From the NCBI RefSeq assembly GCF_001194135.2, contig NC_068981.1, forward strand, positions 198,153,749 to 198,195,534: a DNA stretch of 41,786 nucleotides, written 5' to 3'. Below are positions 21,881 to 34,037 of this stretch, in pieces (position 1 is the stretch's first letter; the number at the start of each line of letters is the position of its first letter). A program made the position numbers and the translations under genes. Source of the stretch: Octopus bimaculoides (Eukaryota). Below the pieces are notes generated by a model, which saw only the letters and a list, made by a program, of their open reading frames with translations, did no database searches and was not told the origin of the DNA.

Positions 21881-24542
21881 ATTGAGAGCCACTAACCAGA
21901 TCTGTGGATGGTGTAAAGTCCCATCTCAGAACCAAGGTAATGTGGTGGTGGAACAATGTGGTAGACCGGGCTATTAGACAAAAGAAACAGGCCTGGAAGG
22001 ACTGGAAGAACGGTGGTAGCAGGGAATTGTATCAGACTGCTAGAAGGGAAGCTAGGCGACAGGTTTATTTAGCCAGAGGGGAAGCAGATAAGAAAAAAAT
22101 TTGACAATGTCCTGCGCCATGAAGACCAAAGACTTGAAGTGTTTCATGTTGCAAGAGAGTGTGTGAAAGAGAATCATAATGTCATAGGAGAGAAATGTGT
22201 CTGCATGGATGATGGCTCACTTGTGTTCATTGAGNNNNNNNNNNNNNNNNNNNNNNNNNNNNNNNNNNNNTGTAAAGAGAGAGACTTGGAGACGCCATTA
22301 TGAAAAGTTGCTAAATGAAGAGAACGAATGGGAGAAAGAGAGTCTGCCAAATGTCGACCCAACAGAGGGACTAGCTATCCCAATTGACAGTCCCTTGGTG
22401 GACGAAGCAATTAAGAGTATGAAGACAGGAAAAGCCCCTGGCCCATCAAGAATCACTGCAGAGATGCTCAAAATATCTGGCAGTGTCCGCTATAGCCTAG
22501 TCACCCGTATTGTTAACCAGGTGATACACAAAGGAGTCGTACCCAATGACTGGTGTAGCAGCACCATAGTCAACTGTTACAAAGGTAAAAGTGACACTTT
22601 AGATACAAATAATTACAGAGGTATCAAGTTGTTGGATCAGGTAATGAAGGTCACAGAGAGGGTCATAGCCCAGCTAATTAGGGAGAGAGTCAGTTTAGAT
22701 GAGATGCAGTTTGCGTTTGTGCCAAGGAAAAGCACCACTGATAATATATTTCTGGTAAGACAGCTGCAGGAGAAATACCTAGTCAAGGATAAACCTCTGT
22801 ACCTGGCTTTCGTTGACATGGAGAAAGCCTTCGACAGAGACCCCCGATCCCTTATCTGGTGGTAAATGAGGAAACTAGGGATAGAAGAATGGTTAGTGAG
22901 AGCTGTGCGAGCCATGTAGAGGGACGCTGTCAGTAAGGTGAGGGTTGGCAACGAGTACAGTGAAGAATTCCCGGTAAAGGTAGGGGTCCACCAAGGTTCA
23001 ATCCTCAGCCTCCTCCTATTTATCATAATTCTCCAGGCGATAACAGGAATTCAAGACAGGATGCCCTAGGGAGCTCCTCTATGCTGATGACATTGCTCTA
23101 ATTGCTGAGTCACTATCAGAACTAGAGGAGAAGTTTCAGGTGTGGAAACAGGGACTAGAATCGAAGGGCCTTAGAGTCAACCTAGCTAAAACAAAAGTCC
23201 TAATAAGTATGAAGGCAGACAAACCACAAATCCCTTCAGGTAGATGGCCCTGCTTGATCTTTAGAAAAGGCGTAGGTAGATACTCTATAAGATGTACCCA
23301 GTGCAAGCTATGGACACATAAGAGGTGCAACAATATCAAAGGAAGGCTAACTGGGAAGATAGTTTTTGTATGTGGCAGATGCTCAGGAGCAATAAACACT
23401 GGAAATGTGCAGAGAACAACTTCTGCCACACTACAGGGAGAAAAAAACTAGAAGTAGTTGACAGCTTCTGTTACTTAGGTGACTAAGTCAGTAGTTGGGG
23501 GTGGATGCTCTGAAAGTGTAGCTGCTAGAATAAGAATAGCCTGGGCAAAGTTTAGAGAGCTCTTACCTCTGCTGGTGACAAAGGGCCTCTCACTCAGAGT
23601 AAATGGCAGACTGTATGACGCATGTGTACATACAGCCATGCTACATGGTAGTGAAACATGGACCGTGACTGCTGAGGACATGCGTAAGCTCGCAAGGTAT
23701 GAAGCCAGTATGCTCCGCTGGATGTGTAATGTCAGTGTGCATACCTGACAGAGTGTAGGTGCTTTGAGAGAAAAGTTGAACTTAAGAAGCATCAGTTGTG
23801 GTGTGCAATAGAGATGACTGCGCTGGTATGGTCATGTGGTGCGAATGGATGTGGATAGCTGTGTGAAAAAGTGCCAAACCGTTGTGGTTGAGGGAAACCG
23901 TGGAAGAGGTAGACCCAGGAAGACCTGGAATGAGGTGGTGAAGCACAACCTTCGAATATTAGGCCTCACCGAGGTAATGACTAGTGACAGAGACTTTTGG
24001 AAATATGCTGTGCTTGAGAAGACTCGGCAAGCCAAGTGAGACCATAACCCGTGGCCTATGCCAGTGGTGTAACCAGCCCACTTAGGCGTACTTTTCCTTC
24101 ATTTGACACTAATCTCTGCTTGCGAAGACCTGTTGAGGCAAGTGAAATCGAAATCAAATTCCATGACAGCACCGCATGACTGACATCCGTGCCAGTGGAG
24201 CGCTAAGAGCACCATCTGAGCATGATCATTACAAGGGCCGCTGACTGGCCCCCGTGCCAGGGGCACGTAAAAAGCATCATTCGAGCATGATTGCTACCAA
24301 CGTCGCCTTACTGGCACTTGTGCCGGTGGCACATGGAAAACAACATTCGAGCGAGGCCGTTGCCAGTACCGCCTGACAGGGCCTTGTGCCGGTGGTACGT
24401 AAAAGCACCCACTACACTCACCAAGTGGTTGGCGTTAGGAAGGGCATCCAGCTGTAGAAACTCTGCCAGTCCCCAGTCAAACTGTCCAACTCATGCCAGC
24501 ATGGAAAGCAGACGTTAAACGATGATGATGATGATTATGATG
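21881..24542 (+). mobile_element. RTE-clade LINE, 5'-truncated, with ~500-bp 3' UTR and (GAT)n tail
   Basis: GKAPGP, NYRGIKLL, AFVDMEKAFDR, VGVHQGS, LLYADD, FCYLG and RGRGRPRKTW motifs, with stops and frameshifts. Confidence 0.95.
24177..24419 (+). repeat. Four tandem 65-66-bp hairpin-rich units in the RTE 3' UTR
   Basis: Units start at 24177, 24242, 24308 and 24374. Each has gtgcc(g/a)gtggcac and acgtaaaa(a)gcac-like motifs. Confidence 0.85.
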
Positions 24543-24549
24543 ACAATAA

Positions 24550-24950
24550 CACAGGCGTGGCTGTGTAATAAGAAGCCTGTTTCTCAACTGCATGGTTCCA
24601 GGTTCAGTCCCACTGCATGGCACCTTGAGCAAGTGTCTTCTACTATAGCTTTAGGCCGACCAAATCCTTGTAAGTGGATTTGATAGACGGAAACTGAAAG
24701 AAACCCATCATGTATACATGTGTGTGGGTGTGTATGTATATATGTTTGTGTGTCTGTGTTTGTCCCTTCACCATTGCTAGACAACTGATGTTGGTGTGTT
24801 TACGTCCTCGTAACTTAGCGGTTTGGCAAAAGAACTGATAGAATAAGTACAAGGCTTACAAAGAAGAAAGTCCTGGGTTTGCTTTGTTTGGCTAAAGGCA
24901 GTGCTCCAGTATGGCCACAGTCAAATGACTGAAACAAGTAAAAGAGTAAA
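24550..24950 (+). mobile_element. Full-length tRNA-derived SINE (octopus OK/OR-like)
   Basis: A-box-like tggctgtgtaataag, B-box-like ggttcagtccc, central microsatellite, and a tail ending gtaaaagagtaaa. The tail also occurs at ~36205-36272. Confidence 0.8.
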
Positions 24951-24964
24951 CATATATATATATA

Positions 24965-25019
24965 GAGTCAGCTGATGAGACTGAGATATTCTCAGTATAG
25001 AAAACACTTTGTAGTACTC
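24965..25019 (+). ncRNA. Degenerate hammerhead ribozyme remnant
   Basis: CTGATGAG, a perfect ACTGAGA-tat-TCTCAGT stem, then ata-GAAAA-CACTTTGTA. The core spacing is disrupted. Confidence 0.4.
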
Positions 25020-25344
25020 AAATGGTTCACTCTTGGACCCGATGTCTTTTTAAGGGACCAATTCCACAGGGTAAAGAGTGGCTATAAGAGGAACCCAGGT
25101 GAGCAGATATGGAGGCAGTTATGCAGATAAGCAAATTAAATATAATAGCCCCCTCCCCCGAAACAGCTGTAGGACTTATAACACCTTACCTCTTCCCCTT
25201 TAATTTTCTCTATCATTTGTACTCTGTGTTAGTTCGATCTATTGATATATAAATGTCTATATATTTATTCTTAAATATTCTTTGTTTAAAAATCTTTAGT
25301 CTTTGCTTGCTTTCTTTTGACATCATCATCATCATCGTTTAACA

Positions 25345-28112
25345 TCTGATTTCCTTGCTGAATGATCTGGTTGTTATCAACACTCTGTTTAAGCAGGAAA
25401 ATAAATATAAAACCGCCTGGAAGCACCCAAGATCTAAACACTGGCATCTCATAGGTTACATCTTGATCAGAAAACATGATACGAAAGAAGTTTCTAACGT
25501 TTGGGCCATGAGAGAAGCAGAGAGCTGGACTGACCATCGTCCAGTGTGTGGAGAAATAAATTTTTTGATAATGCCTAAAAGTCGAGAGTCTGGTCCTAAG
25601 GGACCCATAAAGTTAAATGTTGCTAACTTCAAATTACCAAGCAACCTGCAAAGATTCCACAATTCTATAGAAATTATCAATCTTGACCCAAACAATCTAT
25701 GGGAAGATTTCAAAACAAAAAGTTCGTCAGTGGGATTTAAATCACGTATGTCCAGTGACTGGTTCTCAGATAGATCAGCAGAAATTCATGATCTACTTTT
25801 AGAAACAAAACAAAACTTAAGCAATACACTTCTTTCTCAGTCCTTGAACCCCAACTCAAACGAAACTTACAGAAAGCTGAAAAGGAAAGTGCAGACTGCT
25901 CTAAGGGAAATTAAACAGGAATGGTGGAATGATAGGGCAAAAGGGGCACAAGAAGCAGCTAATAGAAATGATGCCAAGGGTTTGTACTCTTACGTTAAGG
26001 AGGCATATGGCCCCAAATCTTCTTCAATAGCTCCAGTGAGAACAGCAAATGGACGTTTGCTTCTGACTGACACCGCTTCTATTCATAAGTTCTGGTTACA
26101 AAATTTTTCTGCACTTTTGCAAAGACCATCATTCATTAACATGAGGATGATAGAAAAAATTGAACAACTTCCAGTTATAGAAGAGATGGCATTTTGAACC
26201 AACTCTAAATGACATTTATTTAGCTGTGAATAAAGCTGAATAACAACAAGTCTCCAGGGTCTGATGCAATCTGTGCAGAGGTCTTGAAACATGGGGTTAA
26301 CAAAATGTTTGAACTCTTAAATATATTTGTCACTGTTGGAGAACTGAGAAAGTGCCTCAAGACTGGATTGATGCCATTTTAATCTCCTTGTATAAATCGG
26401 GGCCAAAGGAGCTGTGTGATAATTTTCATGGGATTTAGCCTTTGTCTGTGGTTGGAAAGGTACTTGCCCGCATTCTGTTAGAACATTTAAATACCTTCAT
26501 AGTTCCAAATATAGTGTCTGAGTCTCAGTGTAGTTTTCGTTCCTCCAGGGGAGGAAGCTTTTGATACTGTTAATCGAAATGCTCTGTGGCTAATTCTACA
26601 GAAAATAGGTTGCCCAGAAAAATTTGTAAACATGATGAGGGCTTTGCATCAAGATATGAAAGCTAGAGTTAATTTTGGTGGTAGGCTCTCTGAATCTTTT
26701 GCTGTAGAAAATGGAGTAAAGCAAAGAGACTTTGATGCACCCACCCTTTTTGCAATATGCTTTGCTGTTGTGTTGTCACACACTTCTCAAAACTCTGAGG
26801 AGGGTATTTACATAAAATATCAAAAAAAAGGTAATGTTTTTCATCTGACCAGACTGAAATTCAAAATGAAGGTTTTCACTTCATTCATTAGGGATCTATA
26901 AACGCTGATGATTACAATTTTGTCAGTCATTCTGAAAGAGGCCTGCAATCTCTTGTATGTGCATTTGAGATGATTTTGGCTTGACCACTAACTTGAAAGA
27001 AAAAAAAACAGTTGTAATGTATCAATCTGCATGTGGTGCTGTTTGTAACCCCTCTGAAATTTTTGTTAATGGTTAGTTACTTGAGGTTGTTGATTCTTTC
27101 ATCTACCTTGGAAGCTCTGTACAAAATGATGGAAATCTGGATACAGAAATACATCTGTGAATTGAAAGGGCAGCACAAGCATTTGGTGCCTTGGAGTCAT
27201 GCGTTTGGCACCAGTGACATATAAATATCAATACAAAATTAGCTCTTTATAAATCGTTTGTCTTGGCATCACTGTTGTATTCTTCAGAAACACGGACATG
27301 TTATGAAAAACATTTTAAATTGTTAGAACAATTCCACCAAAATGCCTTCATCACATTTTAAACATTAAATAGAGTTCTTTTACTCCAAACACAGATGTCC
27401 TTGCATCTGCAGGTATCACCTCAATTAAAGCTATGATTTTGTAAACCCAAATGAGATGGTGTGGCCATATTGTTTGAACGGCAGATGAACGCACGCCCAA
27501 ACAGCTGTTTTATGGTGGTCTTGTAGAGGAGAAACATTGTCGGCATAAACCTAAAAAAAGGTTTAAGGACGGCATAAGGACTACCATGAAGTCACTTGGA
27601 ATGGAACCAGAGGACACAGAAATCTTTGCTTTGAATCAAGCTGGATGGCAAACAAAAGTGTGGGATGGAGTGAAAGCATTTGAAGAGGCCAGGATAATGC
27701 ATGCAAGACTCAAGAGAGATTTAAGGAAGAATGCTACGATTGAGAAGGTGAATCACAATGACCTTTTTGTGTGCACAGTTTGTGACAGACGATGCCTTTC
27801 TTTTGCTGGGCTCAAATCTCATTTGCGAACCCAAAACAAACCGCCACCAACTATTGTGCCCCTCTATCTGTGCACACCTTTCAATGCAGTGTATGCCAAA
27901 AGGTCTGCAAATCTAATGGAGGCCTCAAAAAACATTTTAAGATCTGCAAAGAGCAGATCTTATCTGCAGCTCTTGGTGGTCCAAATCGGATATACAAACC
28001 CTGTGGATGTCTTTTAAAAACATTGTCTGGTTTAAAAATCGACATCAGATGCCATCATGGTTCTAAGGTGTAGGTACTGGAGGCGGTCAAACTCTGCATA
28101 AGGAGTAGACAA
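25345..28112 (+). mobile_element. RTE-BovB-like LINE (end of APE domain, RT, C-terminal zinc fingers), decayed
   Basis: NTLFKQENKYKTAWKHPRSKHWHLIGY...WTDHR, KSPGSDAICAE, FDTVNRNALW..LQKIGCPEKF and GVKQ motifs; CTVCDRRC..H finger. Confidence 0.9.
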
Positions 28113-28619
28113 NNNNNNNNNNNNNNNNNNNNNNNNNNNNNNNNNNNNNNNNNNNNNNNNNNNNNNNNNNNNNNNNNNNNNNNNNNNNNNNNNNNNNNNN
28201 NNNNNNNNNNNNNNNNNNNNNNNNNNNNNNNNNNNNNNNNNNNNNNNNNNNNNNNNNNNNNNNNNNNNNNNNNNNNNNNNNNNNNNNNNNNNNNNNNNNN
28301 NNNNNNNNNNNNNNNNNNNNNNNNNNNNNNNNNNNNNNNNNNNNNNNNNNNNNNNNNNNNNNNNNNNNNNNNNNNNNNNNNNNNNNNNNNNNNNNNNNNN
28401 NNNNNNNNNNNNNNNNNNNNNNNNNNNNNNNNNNNNNNNNNNNNNNNNNNNNNNNNNNNNNNNNNNNNNNNNNNNNNNNNNNNNNNNNNNNNNNNNNNNN
28501 NNNNNNNNNNNNNNNNNNNNNNNNNNNNNNNNNNNNNNNNNNNNNNNNNNNNNNNNNNNNNNNNNNNNNNNNNNNNNNNNNNNNNNNNNNNNNNNNTATA
28601 TATATATGTACATTGACAT

Positions 28620-28850
28620 CAAAATGAAATCAAATTACAATCAAATGGAATAGTAGTTGTGACCCCTGTGCCGGTGGCACGTAAAAAGCACCCTTTATAC
28701 TCTCAGAGTGGTTGGCATTAGGAAGGGCATCCAGCTGTGGAAACATTGCCCGACCAGTTTGGAGTTGAGTACAGCCTCTTGGTTCCCAGACCCCAGTGGA
28801 ACCGTCCAACCCATGCCAGCATGGAAAACGGTCGTTAAACGATGATGATA
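28620..28850 (+). mobile_element. RTE 3' UTR-derived short element with one hairpin unit and (GAT)n tail
   Basis: gtgccggtggcacgtaaaaagcacc...ggaagggcatccagc...catgccagcatggaaaacggtcgttaaacgatgatgat. Confidence 0.75.
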
Positions 28851-28920
28851 TATGTGTATGTGTATATATATATATATGTATGTATGTGTATATATATATA
28901 TATGTATGTATATGTGTATA

Positions 28921-30661
28921 TCTATACTATAATGAAGAAAGCTGATTATTAATTAGGTATGTAACAATTACTATTAAAAGCTTGACCATCAGGAAATATT
29001 TTTATAAATTCATGTTTTAAAAAATTGCCTATAATTTCAATTTCTGAAGATTATTGAATTTTTTAAACTCCAAATTCTCACAAATTTAAATATTCATTAC
29101 ATTCACTGCATCCTATTCCTCGTAACTTCAAATATTTATTGCATTCACTGCGGAATAGATTTTAATGTTTAATAATAAACATTATCAATTCATTACAGGC
29201 AATATTTTACATTTTTATTTCTTGCTTGCCTCTATTTTCATTAATGGTAATTTAATAACATCCTATATAACTTTGATACAAGACACAATTTCAAGAATAT
29301 TATCAGTTTCCAGAGTTTGTTAAATGAATGTTTTTGATAAATTGAAAATTCTTTAANNNNNNNNNNNNNNNNNNNNNNNNNNNNNNNNNNNNNNNNNNNN
29401 NNNNNNNNNNNNNNNNNNNNNNNNNNNNNNNNNNNNNNNNNNNNNNNNNNNNNNNNNNNNNNNNNNNNNNNNNNNNNNNNNNNNNNNNNNNNNNNNNNNN
29501 NNNNNNNNNNNNNNNNNNNNNNNNNNNNNNNNNNNNNNNNNNNNNNNNNNNNNNNNNNNNNNNNNNNNNNNNNNNNNNNNNNNNNNNNNNNNNNNNNNNN
29601 NNNNNNNNNNNNNNNNNNNNNNNNNNNNNNNNNNNNNNNNNNNNNNNNNNNNNNNNNNNNNNACAAAAGTTGTGTTTAATCATTTAAATAGTGGTACAAA
29701 TGTCGCAAAAATTTGTACTGCACTGCTGACGGTAAGTATGGAAATAAATACGTAAAAAATTAAGATAAAATATTCTTTTCCTGAGATATTTCAGTTACAT
29801 ACAAATATCCCTAGGGTTTTAATATTATCAAGATGCAACTGAAAAAGAAAATTTAGCAGCAAAGGCACAATGGCAGAGAGAAAGACAGGCAACTGAATCA
29901 GATGAAACCAGGGCAAAGCGACCGAAACAGATGCCTGAATATGCACGGAGATGCAGACATGGTTCTGTTTCTGCTACACATGACCGATTGGTTAGGGTAT
30001 CTCGAGAGGAGAATATTCTACTTCAAATTCTGACACAATTCTTCTCACATGGTCAGCTGTACATTGCATTATCTAGAGTTCGAAAGAAGCCTAATGTGAA
30101 AATATTGGTTGAGAGAAATGGAAACAGTATGATTACTGACAACTGTGTCTCCAAGGAGAAACTACTTTGAAGCAAAATATGCTTTTTAGCAAGATTCAGT
30201 AAACAGAATCAATACATGAATTATATGTAAAGTAACATGCATTTGTGTGGAATTCAATTGTTTTGGCATATTTCAACACATGCCGAATGAATGATATCGT
30301 TATTTTAGGTCATTTCAAATTTGGGTATATTTGAAAAAGTAAGGAAACATCATTCTCATGTGTTCTCACAGTACTGGACTTTTGTTTGTGTGAGTGGATC
30401 TGTCCATCCTTCTATGCATAGCTATGTAAGTTCTACCAGTTATTAATGATAAATATGTATAAGAGATTGACTCTTTCAAAAAGAGAGATTATGACTTTGA
30501 TAAAATAATGAAAGTAATACTTACTAAGCAAGTGAGCACTGTTGTACAAAGAAATAATTAGATGTAAAATATCATTAAAATGATTAGAATTGGGAACCAA
30601 ATGTGGAAATATTATCAAGTGGCCAGCAGAGAACCGCCCAGGAGGGTGGTCTTTCTGCTAG
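28921..30661 (+). mobile_element. Non-autonomous Helitron with both termini
   Basis: 5' A|TCTATACTATAAT; 3' hairpin ACCGCCC-agga-GGGTGGT (30633-30650) then CTAG|T. It retains the Pif1 helicase C-terminus FSHGQLYIALSRV...TDNCVSKE. Confidence 0.85.
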
Positions 30662-30684
30662 TATATATATTTGTATGCATGTGC

Positions 30685-30718
<34 letters not shown>

Positions 30719-30747
30719 TTCTTAAATTTGACAGAAAGAGGGAGGCT

Positions 30748-30820
30748 GGTTCGCTGGTGTAAAGGTAACACACTTCGTCGCGTTAACAAAGGGAAGTGGG
30801 TTTGAGCCTCATGCAGATAA
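30748..30820 (+). pseudogene. Degenerate tRNA-like sequence (Asn-like GTTAA loop end) or SINE head
   Basis: D stem GTGT/ACAC, T arm GTGGG-TTTGAGC-CTCAT, A and B boxes, and T6 at 30831-30836. The acceptor stem is mismatched and the anticodon loop is 9 nt. Confidence 0.45.
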
Positions 30821-30910
30821 GAAAGCCTTCTTTTTTCTGTTGAAGGCTTGTATGCCCCGGTATTAGATTATTTTCCCTAGTCATTGCACAGTGAACGCCA
30901 TAAGCTTTAA

Positions 30911-31130
30911 CCCTTTTATTACTGTATTTCTGTTGAGATGCTCTGTGTTTCTTTCAATTACTTGAAATATAACAAAGAATTTAATAAATTAACTTAGTTA
31001 TCATTCAGCTAGTGCTAGGAACATAAATTGTGACTAAGGTTTGGTGGAAGATTTTAATTCAGAACTTTTGAAAACAAGATATTTGTACTCAGAGCCAGAG
31101 CTGGTTTCAGCCGGGTTGGTAGTGAAAGGG
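30911..31130. mobile_element. piggyBac-type MITE (220 bp)
   Basis: TTAA|CCCTT...AAGGG|TTAA termini and target-site duplication. Confidence 0.8.
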
Positions 31131-31217
31131 TTAAGCTTATATAAAAATACCGTTATTATTATTTGCAGGTTTGTAAAATACAGCACCATATAACAAAACC
31201 GTTTGCACCAAAAGCAT

Positions 31218-31344
31218 TGTTACCAACGTTGCCTTCCTGGCGCTTGTGCCAGTGGCACGTGAAAAGACATTCGAGCGAGATCGTTGCCAGTACCGCCTGA
31301 CTGGCTCCTGTGCAGGTGGCACGTAAAAGCACCCACTACACTCT
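31218..31344 (+). mobile_element. RTE 3' UTR fragment (two hairpin units)
   Basis: Matches 24290-24419. Confidence 0.8.
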
Positions 31345-31345
31345 T

Positions 31346-32230
31346 ATACCTTGAAGAAAACAGCACATACTCATAACTCCTACATAACAACATTATTAAT
31401 AATTACACTAAAGATAGACCACAAGTTTATAATGACCATTAATAAAGAAGCAAGCATCATCGCTGCTAGGCTTAAATTAGATAAAAATATAGAGGTCCTC
31501 CCCAAAAAAGAGGCCTTTATAACTATTAAAGACCATAAAAAAACTTCCTATCTAATATGTAGACTTATTAACCCAGCAAAATCAGAAATTGGTGTTATTA
31601 GTAAAGAAATTTTAGGGAAAATCAATGCTAAAGTCAGAAATGCTACTAGTTTAGTACAATGGTTCAATAGTGTAGAAGTCATTGAATGGTTTAAAGCCAT
31701 TAAGAATAAGAATAAAGCGAGATTTACACAATTTGATATTGTAGATTTTTATGCCGCTATCTCGAAGGAACTGCTCGATAAAGCCCTCACCTTCGCAAGC
31801 GAATTTATAGAAATTAGTACATAAGATAAGGATACAATCTTCCATGCTAGAAAGACTTTACTCTTCGGTGAGAATGCAGAGTGGGGTAAGACTACCGATA
31901 CAGAGGGTGCCTTCAATGTGAGCATGGGGCCATATGATGGAGCAGGCATATGCGATCTTACTGGACTATTCCTTCTTGATATGTTAGGTAAAACTTTTCC
32001 TGGTATATATTTCACCATTTACAAAGATGAGGCTCTAGCTTTAACTACAAACACCAATGGACCAGCGCAAGATTAGTTTAGGAAGGACATTATCCAAATG
32101 ATGAAAACATTCGATCTTAGTATAACAAGAGATACCAACCTGATGGTTGTCAATTTCCGAGGTGCATCTTTAGATTTAACTAAGAACACTTACAAACCCT
32201 ATAGAAAGCCCAACGATAGACTTAGTTATA
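31346..32230 (+). mobile_element. Hydra-type PLE, RT part (left of nested insertion)
   Basis: EAFITIKDHK, CRLINPAKSEIG, QFDIVDFY, FNVSMGPYDGAGICDL, IYKDEAL and YKPYRKPNDRLSY. Confidence 0.9.
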
Positions 32231-32312
32231 AAGAATAAAAAGTTTTGAATGGTACAACAATGCACTATAATACAAAAAATGGACTATATACATGTTGTAA
32301 TTTAGTTATCCG

Positions 32313-32345
32313 ATGATATTTCGGAATACAATTCCTTCTTCAGAT
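32313..32345 (-). ncRNA. Minimal hammerhead in the inverted 5' pLTR
   Basis: Minus strand at-CTGAAGA-A-GGAAT tgt ATTCC-GAAA-TATC-at; stem I is weak. Confidence 0.55.
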
Positions 32346-33870
32346 ATTCTTAGATGGAGTCTCTGCTATAAACTGTTTTCCAACGGCTTTTCTTTTTCAG
32401 AAGCGTCTCAGTAGTGGTCTCACGAAGCTCCTACCGGAATTCCTCATGAGAAGTGCGTGAGGTCGGCTTCGGACTTACCACAGCTGATATACACCAACTT
32501 TTGTCCATCATCGTAGACAACACCTACTTTCCTTTCCAGGACTATATATACAAACAGACAACAGGTCTCCCCATGGGATCCAGTCTCTTGGGCCTACTAG
32601 CCATCACAGAAATGAACCATCTGGAACGTTGAGCACTCAACATCTGCCGCTCATGCACCTTCTTCACCAGGTACGTAGATGACATCCTCATACTCACAAC
32701 CTTCCGTGAAGAGGCTGAGAGAATATTCACGACGTTCAATAACATGGACATGAACATAAAGTTCACTATAGAACATCCCGACATCACTGGATCACTATCA
32801 TTACTGGATTTCAAACTGAATATAACGGAAGAAGGGGAGATCCACACCGAGTTCTACAGGAAAGCAGCCAGTAGAGATATGTTTGTCCAATACAATTCAG
32901 CACTTCCACTCGGTGCCAAAATAGGATATGCCAGAAACGAACTTGCATGCATCCAAGACAAACGCAGCAGAACGGAGGACAAGGTGACCCACACTTCACG
33001 CTTCCTAGATATATTGAAAACCAACGGCTATCCTAGATCCATTGTAAATCGGCTTAAGTATCCAAGATGACCAACATGCTGAACACATAGAAAACCCAGT
33101 AACACATGCTTCCTTAAAATACCCCATTTTAGTGAGAGGATAACTACAGCCATCCAAAGAGTCATAAGAAGAGATGAGCTAGACATACAACTAGCCCACT
33201 CCAGCCCCTCTCTGAGAGGACACCTCGCAAAGAAACGAATAAGGGACAATAATCAATACACATTAACAAATTGTCTCATCCGTGACACAGATTTATGCCA
33301 ACGACTAAATGTTGTGTTTAGAATACAATGTAACAAATGCAACAAGTTCTATGTGGGTAGCACAACAAGACCGTTACATGTCCACATAAAAGAACATCTG
33401 AACACGAGAGCCTCCTCCTTCAGAAAACATCTAGACAGATGCCGGAACACTGACAAAAGCATAACAGTCACAAGTGAGGCCAATGAAAGAAATTTGGGTA
33501 ATTTAAGAATTAAGGAAGCTTTACTCATACACAGACTAGGACCCCAAATTAACAACAGGCTGGAGATTTGTAATCAATATATTATTTAGCTACATCTGGA
33601 CATGTGTAGGTTCATTCTTAATAACATGCTCATGTATTGTTTATAACAAAAGGAAAGAAGAAGGGAAAAAAAGGGAAGCTGCATGTATAACACATAACTT
33701 AGAAGCAGCGCTACAGATGTACCAACACACACGAGATTGAAACATAGCCGAACCTCATGCACTTCTCATGAGGAATTCCGGTAGGAGCTTCGTGAGACCA
33801 CTGCTGAGACACTTCCGAAAAAAAGAAAACCATTGGAAAACAGTTTATAGCAGAGACTCCATCTAAGAAT

Positions 33871-33903
33871 ATCCGAAGAAGGAATTGTATTCCGAAATAT
33901 CAT
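33871..33903 (+). ncRNA. Hammerhead in the 3' pLTR with a U4-to-C core mutation
   Basis: at-CCGAAGA-A-GGAAT tgt ATTCC-GAAA-TATC-at. Confidence 0.5.
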
Positions 33904-34037
33904 CAGACTATAGATAACTAAATTACAACAGTTATTATAGTCCATTTTTTTGCATTATAGTGCATTGTTGTACCATTCAAAACTTTTTATTCTTTACAAA
34001 CAATACACAATACTTCGAGCAAACTATGATACTCTCC

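Larger units (their letters stand above)
32229..34037 (+). mobile_element. 5'-truncated Poseidon/Penelope-type PLE with inverted pLTR
   Basis: QTTGLPMGS, RYVDDIL and LLDF motifs; GIY-YIG NVVFRIQCNKCNKFYVGSTTRPL. Inverted repeats at 32229-32468 and 33746-33996. Confidence 0.9.

Noticed and set aside
24177-24419. CRISPR-like repeat/spacer appearance
   Set aside because: Eukaryotic context; the units are homologous along their whole length (no unique spacers), lie in a LINE 3' UTR, and no cas genes are present.
24177-24419. HDV-like ribozyme fold (GGC-TCCTGT-GCC resembles P3/L3)
   Set aside because: No GG after the candidate P1 3' strand for P1.1, no clear P2 3' strand or catalytic J4/2 C. RTE HDV-like ribozymes are normally in 5' UTRs.
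7900-29683. Long ORFs consisting mostly of X
   Set aside because: They are artefacts of N gaps (7953-8654, 9395-9938, 20797-21601, 28113-28596, 29357-29662 and others).
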